A stretch of 64,000 nucleotides of DNA from Phyllobates terribilis. Its lineage: Eukaryota. The DNA lies in NCBI RefSeq assembly GCF_046119375.1, contig NW_027362768.1, positions 144,894,001 to 144,958,000 of the forward strand, written 5' to 3'. Made by a program: the position numbers and the translations under genes. The notes under the pieces were generated by a model, which saw only the letters and a list, made by a program, of their open reading frames with translations, ran no database searches and had not been told where the DNA came from. This document shows, piece by piece, positions 38,101 to 50,100 of the stretch (positions are counted from its first letter, which is position 1; the number at the start of each line of letters is the position of its first letter).

Positions 38101-41100
38101 CCCCCCGATGAGGAAGAGGACGATGAATCCCACTGCTCCTCGGACTGGGAGGAATCAGAGACGGGGGAAACCTCTCTACGGGGCCTTTTCTTCCCTCTAA
38201 GGAACCCTTTCAGGGACCCCTGAACTTCTGCATGTACTATGGACTTTAAATCTGCAGCAAAATCCCGGGAATTCTCAGCTATGGTTTTGGTCACACAGCC
38301 CTGGCAAAGTGGTTTCTGCCACTCTACTGAGAGAGAAGCTTGGCAAAGGGCACACATTCTATGCTTTTGCTTGGCACTACTCTTCTTAGGCTCCTAAACA
38401 AAGGAAGCACATAAGAGACTTCCCGTTATTAACCAGTGACATTCACGAAGCTCACTCACCCTCGGAGGTCACAAACGGGTACCGGATTCGGAGGCTGTCG
38501 CGGAACCGATGATTCCATTCTGGATGGTCCCGAGGCACTCGAAGCCTTACTCCTGCGGCTGCCACTACGATTACTCGAGCGGCTGTCTGTATACGATGCA
38601 TCCCTCTGCTTTTTCTGTTGCTGAGGTGGGGGGTAAGCTGCTGCTGCTCATGGCTATCTGGATCAGCCATGTCTCAGAAGCGCACCACGCTTCCAGGATA
38701 GCTCCCCCCCCCTTAAATATAGGGCCATCCAGCCTCCTCCGGTCTGTGGGCCCTCCCCCTTCCTCAGGCCGGAGCTCCGTTGAAAAAAAAAAAACCGGCC
38801 TGGGACGCTCCGATGGGCGCCGCCATCTTGGATCGGCGCCGCCTCCTGACGTCACCCAGCGCGCCGCTCCCAGCATGCCCTGCGCTGTGACGTCAGGCGC
38901 GTCACACCCGGAAGCGTTCCACACTGCAGGGGGAGGACGGCGCCGCGGTCTCCGGGAGGACAGAGCCGGCCTCACCGCGTGCGCCCCGCTCGGCGCAGAG
39001 ACCCCAGGGGAAGCTGCGGACGGCGCTTCTGGGATACTGAACCCGATGCATAGGCCAGTGCCCGCTCTTCCACACCGGGACAGCCCCAGGTAAGTCTTCT
39101 TTCTTCCAGACAGGTTCCCCATCAAGGACAGGAAACCAACTGAAGCGAGGGAGAGGTACCGCCCTTTTATTTCAGATGGTTTCCTGTCCTTGGTGGGGCG
39201 GATCCTCTCTCAAGGTGTGCTGTCATGGGGGAGGGGAAAAATTATTTTTTTGCATCGCTTTATTCTGAGAGCTATAACTTTTTTATTTTGCGGCCGATGG
39301 AGCAGTATGGCAGCTTGTTTTTTGCGGAACAAGATGACGTTTTCAGCGGTACCATTTTTATTTATATTCGTCTTTTTGATCATGTGTTATTCCATTTTTT
39401 GTTTGGCGGTATAATGATAAAGCATTGTTTTTTGCTTCGTTTTTTATTTTTATTTTATACCGTGTTCACTAAAGGGGTTAACTAGTGGGACAGTTTTATA
39501 GGTCAGGTCGTTCCGGACGCGGTGATACCAAATATGTGTACTTTTATTGTTTTGTTGTTTTTTTTTTCATAATAATATTTATTGATGGGTACATTATATT
39601 TTTATTTTTGGTGATTTTTTTTTTCCCACTTTCTGACACTTTTTTATTTTTATTCTTTGTCCCACCATGGGACTTTAACTTTTTTATTCTGATCGCCTGC
39701 ATAGCACAGGAATGGAGCACCATACCTGTGCTATCTAGGCTGTCAGTGCTGCAGATGCAGAAGATATTTTGGTCATGCACTGCGCATGACCAAAATATCT
39801 TCCTGCTGTTTGGTGACCCGGATGTTGTCATGACGACATCGGGTCGTCATGGCAACATCCGGGAAGCCGCGGCAGACAGCGCTGGAGGCCGGCAGGAGAG
39901 GTGAGTATCGTGATCACCTCCCCTTGCCACCGCAATGCTGCGATTGACTTTGATCGCAGCATTGTGGGGGTTAATGTGGCGGGAGCGGTGCGGGACCGCT
40001 CCCAGCACATAGCACCAGATGTCAGCTGTGACAATAAGCTGACACCCGGCGGCGATCGCGCCTGCACAGCCTGTGTGCCCGCACGATCGCAAAGACGTAT
40101 TAATACGCGTCAGGCTCTTAAAGTCCAGGGCACAGACGCGTATTAAAACGTCTTGGGCTTTAAAAAACGTCACGAGTGCTGTTGACTTCACGTCATTAGC
40201 TGCATTCTGTGTCCACTTTGGACAATCCCTTTTTTTTTTTTTTACATAAAAGGTTCAATGATAAGCTGAATGCATGGAGTCTTGTTGCTGGACTCATAGT
40301 TATGAGCTGTAATTCGTGAGGGAACCTAACAAGTGTTCAGCTCCATGGGGGGAAATTACAGGGTTTGTCCACTTTATTCTATCAATAGTGGGACATGATT
40401 TTGTGGTCCTTACCGGAGAAGGTGCTGTCCAGCGGGCACGTCATTAATATGTCGCCACCGGACAGGAGCAATGTAAACCGCCTCCTACCTGACTGCAACC
40501 CCGATTCCTCTTTTGATTAGTCGGCCTGGCGTGATGTCATCATTGAGGCGTGCTGCACGTGATGTCATCATTGAGGCGTGCTGCCATCATTGAGGCGTGC
40601 TGCACGTGATGTCATCATTGAGGCGTGCTGCCATCATTGAGGCGTGCTGCACGTGATGTCATCACTGAGGCGTGATATCATACCAGGTCGACTGCTGTGG
40701 ACGCCGGCAGGTAGGAGACTGCTCTCCGGGCTCCTTTCTGGCAGTCGTAGATAACGGAAGTGGCCGCTGGACCAGGGGTCCTATGAATCAATTTGCACCA
40801 TCTCTAGTACGTACTAATATTAGGTAATACAGTTTCATCAGTTTAGGCATCGCCTCCTTGTTAGTGCAGCCTTCATCACAGAATTTCTGTCATCAACATG
40901 GCCGCTGATGAAGGAGCCCGTCATGGGACCTGTCCATCAGTCTCCTCCAATTGAAAAACAAAGTGACTACTTAGAATGACTGTCTGTATAGTACCGACCT
41001 CTAGATTGTGAGCCAAGTATTTTCTGTCTGTATCCCACGGTGGCAAATCCTGCGAGAACATTTCATTCAGATGATCTATAAATCTAAAAATAATAATAAT

Positions 41101-44100
41101 TAATGATGAACTGCAGAAACCCAAAACCAACTGTAGGATCCAGTGAGCAAGTTACTTCAGGCCAAATAATTCCCAACCTACCTGGAGTCCTCCAGAAATG
41201 CAGAGATGAAGTCTGTCTGACTGTGTTCTGGGTAGAAGAACAGCACCGGCCAATGAAGGCAGCCATTCTCATCTAAAATGACTTGTGCCCCAGTCACATT
41301 TTCAGAATTGGAGATGCCATTATGTAACGTTCCCGGTGCTCCCTCCTCTTCCTCTTCTTCCTTGCTGCTTTGTTCTAGTAATTTTATTCCTCGTTCCTAT
41401 AGTAAAAGTTCAATAATCATGATAAATACTTGATCAGATAAGCTCATCCTCCCATCAAAGGTTTACTTATCTAGGACTATTTAGAGGGTTGTCCTATCCG
41501 AATAACCCTTATCCATGTTCCTGGCAATGAGACGATATTACCAGGAAAAGCTGCTAGTGCCTAGAGTGCAAATGTGGTATTACACGGTGCACATTCAAGG
41601 GAACTGGTGGCCGCGTGATACCCCAGTGCAGGACTGTGCAGCCGCTTTCCACTCCCCACTACAGCACTGAACTGGGCCATTCACATCAGAAAATTGCTGC
41701 TATGACTGGCTCTGCGCACTCATCCGGACTAATGCAGGAGCGGCCTGCCATTGTAGGCGCTAGTTTGATCAGTAAATTGGACCAGAGTAGTGCATGTTGC
41801 AATCTTTATTTTTCCCACGCAGATCAATGGTCCATGTGGAAAACTTGCTATGTGCACTGGCTATAATGGGCCTGCACAAGTACATATAATACGCTCATCT
41901 GATGGTAGTCATACTCCAAAACAATCCGGAGGTCAACCCATCCCAGAACCCTGTTTGATCCCATCCTTCTTTCCAGATGACCATATACTGCCAGTGTGAA
42001 CGTGGCCTTAACTGATATATGTTTACTTTCACTGGTTGAACAGCTCAGAAAAACAAAATCATAAAATCCCTAGACTTGTCTAGGTGCTAACTAAACCCCA
42101 GCTAGTCAGACATGGCTGGGCTAGTTCCAGTCCCGTCACACAATCTGGTTAAGAGCAACCATTGATACTTGTAGTTAGAAGAACAAGACCTGTGCTCTGT
42201 TTTTTCTCCCTCTCAAGGCCGAGAAACTAAGATTATGGGCACAGACAGACGGCCATAGTTCTTGTGCGAGGATCGCATCGCAGTGCATGGACTGGCCCGG
42301 CACCTCTCCTGACCTGAGCGTCACAGCGTGATGTATTTCTATGCAGCGGTCACGCTCAGGTCGGGAGAGCCGACGGTCAGTCCGAGGATTGCGATGTGAT
42401 CCTCGCACGAGAAATAAGTCCGTCTGTCTGCGTCCTAAGAACTTAGCCTGGTCATATGCACCTCATCAGGATCTGTAGCGCTAGGATTTAACCCGGTCCT
42501 ACCTGTATTTCCACAGCTTATAGCAAAAATTTGGGCGACACATATACCCCTTCAATAACTTGTCCATGTAATATTCTACAATATACACGCACGTATGTAT
42601 AAATTTAAATTCCCCCCTTCTTTTCCAAATTAAAAATGATGCAATTGAATAAACATATTTGGTGACAATCTATGAAAGTAAAAAAGTTAATTAACTGCAC
42701 CCTGCAAAAAAAATGCAATAAACAGTAATCAAAATATTGTATGTACCCTAAATTATCAAGCACAACAATAAAAATCACAGCTCACTATTCAAAAAACAAG
42801 GCCTTATGTGGCTCCATAAATGGAAAATAAAATGGTTACAAAAATAGGCAACAAGCCAAAATGTATTCATATTTTTTTTTTTTTTTTTTTTTTTTAACAA
42901 ACTTCTGAATTTTTTCCCTCGATACAAATTTGGAATAAACGTAATAGTAGTGACCTGAAGAATCATGGTGCCAGGGCATTTTTACTGCAAAATGAAAGCC
43001 GTAAAAACAGAACCCAAACAAATATGGTGGAATTGCGACTATTTCTCCCAATTCAACTCAACTTTTTCCTAATTTTCCAGCACATTATAAGGTAAAATGA
43101 ATGGTGTCATTCACAACTACAACTTGTCCAGCATAAAAACAAGTCCTCATGGAAAATGATGGAAAAGGCAAAATAAAAAGTTATGGCTCTTGCAAAAATT
43201 AGGAGTTAAAAAGCTCAAAATCATGCAAAATGGCCCTGTCCTCAAGGAGTTAGTCAAGTTTTGGGAAATGGGACAGCGAGGGAGCTTTAGTTATTATTTA
43301 CTTGCTATCCATCACTCATTTATTATTAGCTTTACATATCTAATGCTCTTGCCTTAATTGCACGGAGAAGAGAGTCGTTTTGTGCCTGCTTCTTCTTTTC
43401 TGCCTGTCTCAACTTCCTGGCATCTCGCTCTGCAGCCCTCTGTACATGGAGAAAGCATTTTATTTCGTATCATCCATACAAAACAAACAGAAGGTTGAAG
43501 AATTTGAATACAAATATGGAGTTGAAATAATCCCCCGTCCCTATCTGCAGTCTGCCCACAATCAGGATACATCACTGCACTGACATGCTTGTTATTAGAG
43601 CATACATAGTTGTCTGTTTTACTATATTCCCTGGGGTTGTCCAAGGCTTGGGGTTCAAGTCTGCAGTCATACTATGTGACTGTAGACCTGCGAGTCCTCA
43701 CAGCTGTGAGGATTTTCCAGCAAAGGGAGTGAGTGTCATCTGACTGCAAATATGCAATTTGCATACTTCCGACCACATGCCGACTAGAAGTGTCCAGTCT
43801 TGCTCAATTCACTTGCCGAACACACGTCTAGTCGGCATGTGACCACATGTACACATACTTGCGGTAACGCGCCTGCCTTTTCAGCGCATCCAATTAGTAA
43901 TATAAAGCAGAAAGAAAGTGCTAGGAAGGTCAATCATTGTCCAGCATCCAGTGGCCTAAACTTTAAAACCTGTAGCTTTTATTAAAAAGTGTCCATATAG
44001 TCAATCATATGGTAAAGGCAAACATTCCTAACGCATTTCAGGCACTGGATCATTGCAGCCTGAAATGCACAAGCAATGTGTGTTTTACTCATATGATGAA

Positions 44101-47100
44101 TTATATCATAACTTTAAAGTGTAGCTAAACTTTTAAATCATATTGGTATGTGGTATCCCAGTACTGTTGATTGGATATAGTCTAGGTCCGGAGATCTCCA
44201 CCGATTACTTGAACCAAGGGTCAGAAGTACTCAGCCTATGCATGAGCAGAATGGTGTACAGACCTACAGACTTTATATTGAGCCATACACCGCTGTGCTC
44301 GAGACCCCACTGAACACGAGAATGGGAATCACAGAGTCCCCTTTGTGAATGAAGTGTTAGAGAGGCCGACAAGCGCTTAACAATACTTCATTCACACAGG
44401 GAAATTTAAGACGTCCGTTCTTGAGATCAGTGGAGTTTCTGCAGCTGGACCCAGCAATCATTCATTTATCACCGATCTGGATAGGGAATTTATACTATTT
44501 ATGGGACAACCCACTTAACATTTCCTGAATTCGATGACTATATATTATCACACTTGGTCTTATTTTTATATATATAACTGATAACTATGCACACATCAGT
44601 AGGAGCAGCTATTTATTTTTACTTACATGAAGTTTATCAGCTTTCGTCCTCGTTTCCAAAAGTTTCTTCTCCGTTGGACTGATCTGTAAGCCTTCATCGC
44701 ACCACTTCAAAGCTTCCAAGTAATTCTTTATTTCCATATAGCACAGAGCACCTAAAACAGGACACATGGAGTATCCAGTATAACATTAATCAGATAAGGC
44801 ACCAAAACACATGATTTTATTTTTATTCCATCAAAACAGAAGAAAGAAGGCACCAAATAGATGCTCCTATTTTTATTCCATCAAAACAGCCACAAAAAAA
44901 ATATTCCTTTCTCTAAAACCAAAAATCCGAGCTGTCTCTGGCTGCGATGTCCCTAAATGTTGCAGGAGATCGGCCCCACTGTTCTATCATCAGTAAAACA
45001 TGATGGAGTAAAAAATTATGACTGTTCTTCTATGGGGGGGGGGGGGTTCCAGAGAATAATAACTTTTCGAACTGCCAAAAACTAAGCAAAAATGAACAAA
45101 AAAAGTAATCCAAAAAAATAGGGATGATTAAGATGAGGTTTAGTTTGGACTAATTTCCAGAATACGTCCCACACATTACCTCTAATCACTGCCTTTAAAT
45201 GATCTGACTTCTGTTTTCTTGCAGCAATCGCATCATTAAGGGAGGAGCGGTAGTTACCTGGAGAGAACAGAACAGTTAGTTTAGTTTATTGGGCACAAGT
45301 TAATCTAAATCTATGACAAAATTGCAATTTCCCTCCCAAAAAAAGAGAAAGAAAGAAATTGAGAAAAAGAAGATTACAATCCTTTTTTTTCTAACTTTAT
45401 TACTGAAGGTTTTTTTTTGGGGGGGCGGGGGGGTAAAGTTATTGCATAGCCACTTTCTACAACTTTAGGATATAAGGAAATAAAAAAGGGATCAAAATAT
45501 CTCCAGTAAAAACTACAGCTCAGCACATAAAAAACAAACCCTCAAATAACTTGATGGACAGAAAAATGGCGACATTCATTCTTTAAAATTTTTTATTTTT
45601 TTTTTCTTACAAACGTCAGAATTTTTAAAATGAGTAAAATATACAAAGTTTGACACTGCCGTAACCGTACTGACCTGGAGAATGATTTTTCCAGGTCACG
45701 TGTAACACATAATAAAGCCCTAAAAATGAGACCCAAAAAAAACAGCGGAGGAATTGCACTGTTTTTTTTTTCACCATTTCATCCCACTTGGAATTGTATC
45801 CCTGTTTTTCAGTACATTGAATGGTAAAATGAATGGTGTCACTTAAAACAACTCAAAAAAGCAGTTAGGTGAACAGAAAAAAAAAAAAGTATGGATGTTT
45901 GATGAAGAGGAAGTAAAATTAAAATGCAAAAATGAAAATTGGCTTGGTCCTTAAAAGGGGTTAAGAGAATTGTTCAGCACCTATCCAATTTGATTGATCG
46001 GACACGTGCGGATACCTGCCAGCAATCGCATGCAACTATCCTGCCCTCGCTCACACACCTAATGTCAGCATGGGTGGTAAAGAGAGGAGCTTCACAACCC
46101 CAATATCTGCATCTTTCTTATACAAAGTAGGTATATACCGTATTTTTCGGACTATAAGACGCACTTTTACCCTCAAAATTTTGGAGGAAAATGGGGGGTG
46201 CGTCTTATAGTCTGAATGCAGGCTTACAGGGGGGGTTGTGGCGGTGGTGGAGCAGGGTCCCTTCCTCAGGAATCTGGCGGCGGCAGAAGTGGGGCGATAC
46301 TGTAGACCCTTTGTCAGCAGTGAGGCGGAGCAGAGTGCATTGCATGGAGCAGGGTTCCTTTCTCAGGAATCTGGCGGCGGCAGAAGTGGGGCGATACTGT
46401 AGACCCTTTGTCAGCACTGAGGCAGAGCAGAGTGCATTGCATGGAGCAGGGTTCCTTTCTCAGGAAGCCGGCGGCGGTAGAAGTGGGGCGATGCTGCAGG
46501 CCCGGTATCGGCGGTGAGCAGAGCGGAGTGCAACATTGCTTTTCCGGCTGTAATTTTCCTGAAGCCGTGGGCTGCGGTGGGTGCGCAGATTGGGATCTCA
46601 GCCCAGCCGAGATCTCAATCTGCGCACGCGCTGCCTCCGGTGGCCATGTCTTTGAAGCCCGCAGCTTCAGGAAAATGGTCCCCGGAGGCGACGCGTGCGC
46701 AGATTGAGATCACAGCCGAGATCTCAATCTGTGCATGTGCCGCCCATTTTCCGGTGGCCCACGGTTTCAGGAAAATGGCCGCTGGGAAATCAATGATGCA
46801 CTCCGCTCTGCTCACTGCCGACACTGGGCCTGCAGAATCGCACCGCTGGGATACCGCCCTCCTCCCACCAGGGCCCGCAGCATTGCCCCACTTCTGCCGC
46901 CTGCTTCCTGAGAAAGGAACCCGGCCCCATGCAACACATTCTGCTCCGCCTCACTGCCAACACAGGGCCCGCAGTATCGCACTGCTGGGATACCCCCCTC
47001 CTCCCACCCAGGGCCCGCAGCATTGCCCCACTTCTGCCGCCTGCTTCCTGAGGAAGGGACCATGCTTCCTGTGACCCTGCTCCCCCGCCGCTGCCCTCCG

Positions 47101-50100
47101 GGTAAAATACCTTAAAATTCGGACTACAAGACGGACCCCCATCTTATTAAAATCGTTTTTTTTTCCCTATTTTCCACCCCAAAATTTGGGGTGAGTCTTA
47201 TAGTCCAAAAAATAAGGTAATATGTTTTATGATCAGATCCTTTTTCATTGTGGTCATCATACACACTCACCTAGATAAAACTGAGCGGCAGCCCGGTTGG
47301 TGTACAGCACCGCGTTCAGCTCTGCATCCTTACAACTCTTCTTGATGCCCTCCGTGTAAGCGATGATGGCTTTCTGGTAATTCTTTTCTTTGAAGTAGTC
47401 ATTTCCCTCTTCTTTATAGGACTTGGCTTGTTCTGCGCAAGCAGTGAGCGATTAGATTGAGTAACGTGACTGGTGCACTTCAGATTAAAGGATATCAGTC
47501 CTTATCTCATGACTTATAATCAAAGCTAAAGGGATTGTATGAGATCAGAAAAACATTGCTGCTTTTCTTCTAGAAACAGCGCTGCTCTTCTCCATCGACA
47601 TGATCAGGCATTGCAGGTCTTAGCATTTCTTTAGGTGCAATACGAGAAACAGTCTACAGACATTAATGAGAGACTAGCCATGCTGTTCTAATAAACAACC
47701 ATAAACTGCTTGCATTTTAATGTCTGATACGTAACTGATGTCCAATTAAAGGGGTTGTCCACGTCATCTCTATATTAGTAAATGTGTTGGGAACAAGATT
47801 TTGGGGCACTTAGTACTACACACAGTGGCTTGTGAAAGTATTGACCTCCTCCCCCCCTGGCATTTTTCATGTTTTGCTACCTCACCACCTGGAACTTCAC
47901 AGTTTTTTTGAGGGTTTGCATCAGTTCATGTAAAGAACATGCCTACAACTGTGAACATTTGGTTTTCTTTTTATTGTGAAGCAAACAACAAACAGGACAA
48001 AATAACTGAAAACGTCAGTGTGCATAACTATTTACCCCCCAAAAGTCAGTACTTTGTAGAGCCTCCTTTTGTGGCAATTACAGCTGCGGGTCCCTTTGGA
48101 TAAGTCTCTACGTTTTCCACATCTGGCCACGGGGATTTTTGTCCATTCCTCAAGGCAAAACTGCTCCAGCTCCTTCAAGTTAGATGGTTGTAGAGTGAAC
48201 ATAAAAATGGATATTTTGAGTCCATATTGAAATATACAGAATGCATTCAAACCAGCATTGGTCTGGTTATATATTCACAGATAGATAAGGCTCATCCTTT
48301 CAAAGCCTTACCTGATGTTTAGACACAGAATGTTCATAGTAAGAGTATCATGAGAACAGTTTACTCACATTGTCTGAAAGTTCATCTCTCAAATAGTCCT
48401 TTGTTTATTATTTGTTATTGTAAAACATGGAGATTTGTTTAACCTTTGTCTGCAGTTGTCTTATGTGATCACTAAGAGCTTTTGAATTGTGTCCGTTTAT
48501 TGCCCACTTGCTAGTGTACATTCACAATATATAAGGCCAGATAAATGTTACTAAGACAGATTCCAAAGTTCTACCTGCACTGATGTGTAGTGTTGTATGT
48601 AATACCTGCATAAGTGGGTCGCCCATGCAGTGTTGTGATAATTCCAGGGTTTCTCTGTCTTGGTGGTGGCTTCTCTGATATTCCAGACGGATGATGTTTA
48701 AAAGTTCCTTGGTGATGACGTGAGTATATGTACTTAACCTTCGTATGTTAACATATACAAAAGTGTATGCAATATCATTCTATTCCTTTGTGTATTTTAT
48801 CTTTAAATTAACTATTATAAATAAAATTGTGTTATATCGCAAGCGGTTGCCTTCTTTAAAGCCATATCTGAACCTTAGTGTTAAAAACTTGATAAAACAA
48901 TGGTCTACTCCGGTGAACAGCAATATTCAAGTCTGACCACAGATTCTCAATTGGATTAAGGTTTGGGCTTTGACTAAGCCACTGCAAAACATTTACACGT
49001 TTCCCCTTAAACCACTCGATTGTTGCTTTAGCAGTATGCTTTGGGTCATTGTCTTATTGGAAGGTGAATCTCTCTCCCAGTCTCAAATCACTGACAGACT
49101 GAAACAGGTTTTGCTCAAGACTATCCCTGTGTTTCGCACCATCCATACTCCCCTCCACTTGGACCATATTCCCTGCGAAAAACCTCCCTATAGCATTTAT
49201 GTTGCGACCACCATGTTTCACTGTGAGGATGGTGTTCTTGGGGTGTTGAGCTGTGTTGGTTTGGCACCAGACATAACATTTACCTTGGTGAACAAAAAGC
49301 TCAATTTTGGTCTCATCTGACCACAGCACCGTCCTCCATACATTTGGGGAGTCTCCCACATGTCTTCTGGCAAACTCAAAAGGAGCCTTACAATTTTTGT
49401 GTGGAAGTAAAGGCTTTTTTCTGCCCACTCTTCCATAAAGGCCACCTCTGTGGAGTGTACGGCTTATTGTGGTCATATGGAGAGATACTCCAGTCTCTGC
49501 TTGGGAACTCTGTAGCTCCTTCAGGGTTACCTTTGGTCTCTGTGCGACCTCTCTGATTAATGCCCTCCTTGCCCGGGCTGAATGTTTTGGTGGGCGGCCC
49601 TCTCTTGGAAGGTTTGTTGTGGTACCATGTTCTTTCCATTTGATGATGCTCCAAGGGATCATCAGAGACTGGGATATATTTTTATAACCCAACCCTGACT
49701 TGTACTTCTCAACAACTTCGTCCCTGACTTGTTTGGAGATCTCATTGGTCTTCATGGTGTTGTTTGGTTAGTGATACCTCCTCTTGCTTAATGGTGTTGT
49801 AACCTTTCAGAACAGGTAAAGTGTATATACTGACAGACATGTGACACTTAGATTGGACACAGGGGGATGTCCTTTCACCAATCATGTGACTTATGAAGAT
49901 AATTTCTTGCACTAGAAATTTTTAGAGGCTTCTTCGCAAAAGGGGTGAATACATATGCACATGCCAATTTTTAATTATGTAATCCCATAAATGTAATTTA
50001 TGCTTATATTTTTCTCACTTCACCAACTTAAACTATTAGTGCTGATGCATCACACACAAATCGGATGACAAAAATATTTAAACACAGGTTGTAATGTAAC

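Larger units (their letters stand above)
33885..39241 (-). mobile_element. DIRS1-type tyrosine-recombinase retrotransposon, full length, in TTC4 intron 8, sense to host
   Basis: Inverted terminal repeats (about 33885-34020 and 39130-39241). Internal complementary region 34158-34241 reproduces the joined ends. gag, RT/RH/MT and YR ORFs present; both ends lie in T-runs. Confidence 0.95.
31036..40163. mobile_element. Non-autonomous TTAA/CCC-ended (piggyBac-like) element hosting the DIRS1, a MITE and telomere-like repeats
   Basis: Starts TTAA|CCCCTT; about 390-bp internal tandem units (31590, 31975, 32367); related sequence resumes after the DIRS at 39242. Right boundary uncertain. Confidence 0.5.

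Noticed and set aside
38452-38670. Upstream coding exon for DIRS1 gag (MADPDSHEQ...)
   Set aside because: The strong donor at about 38460 is not phase-compatible with the 38394 acceptor in any open frame; unresolved without other copies.
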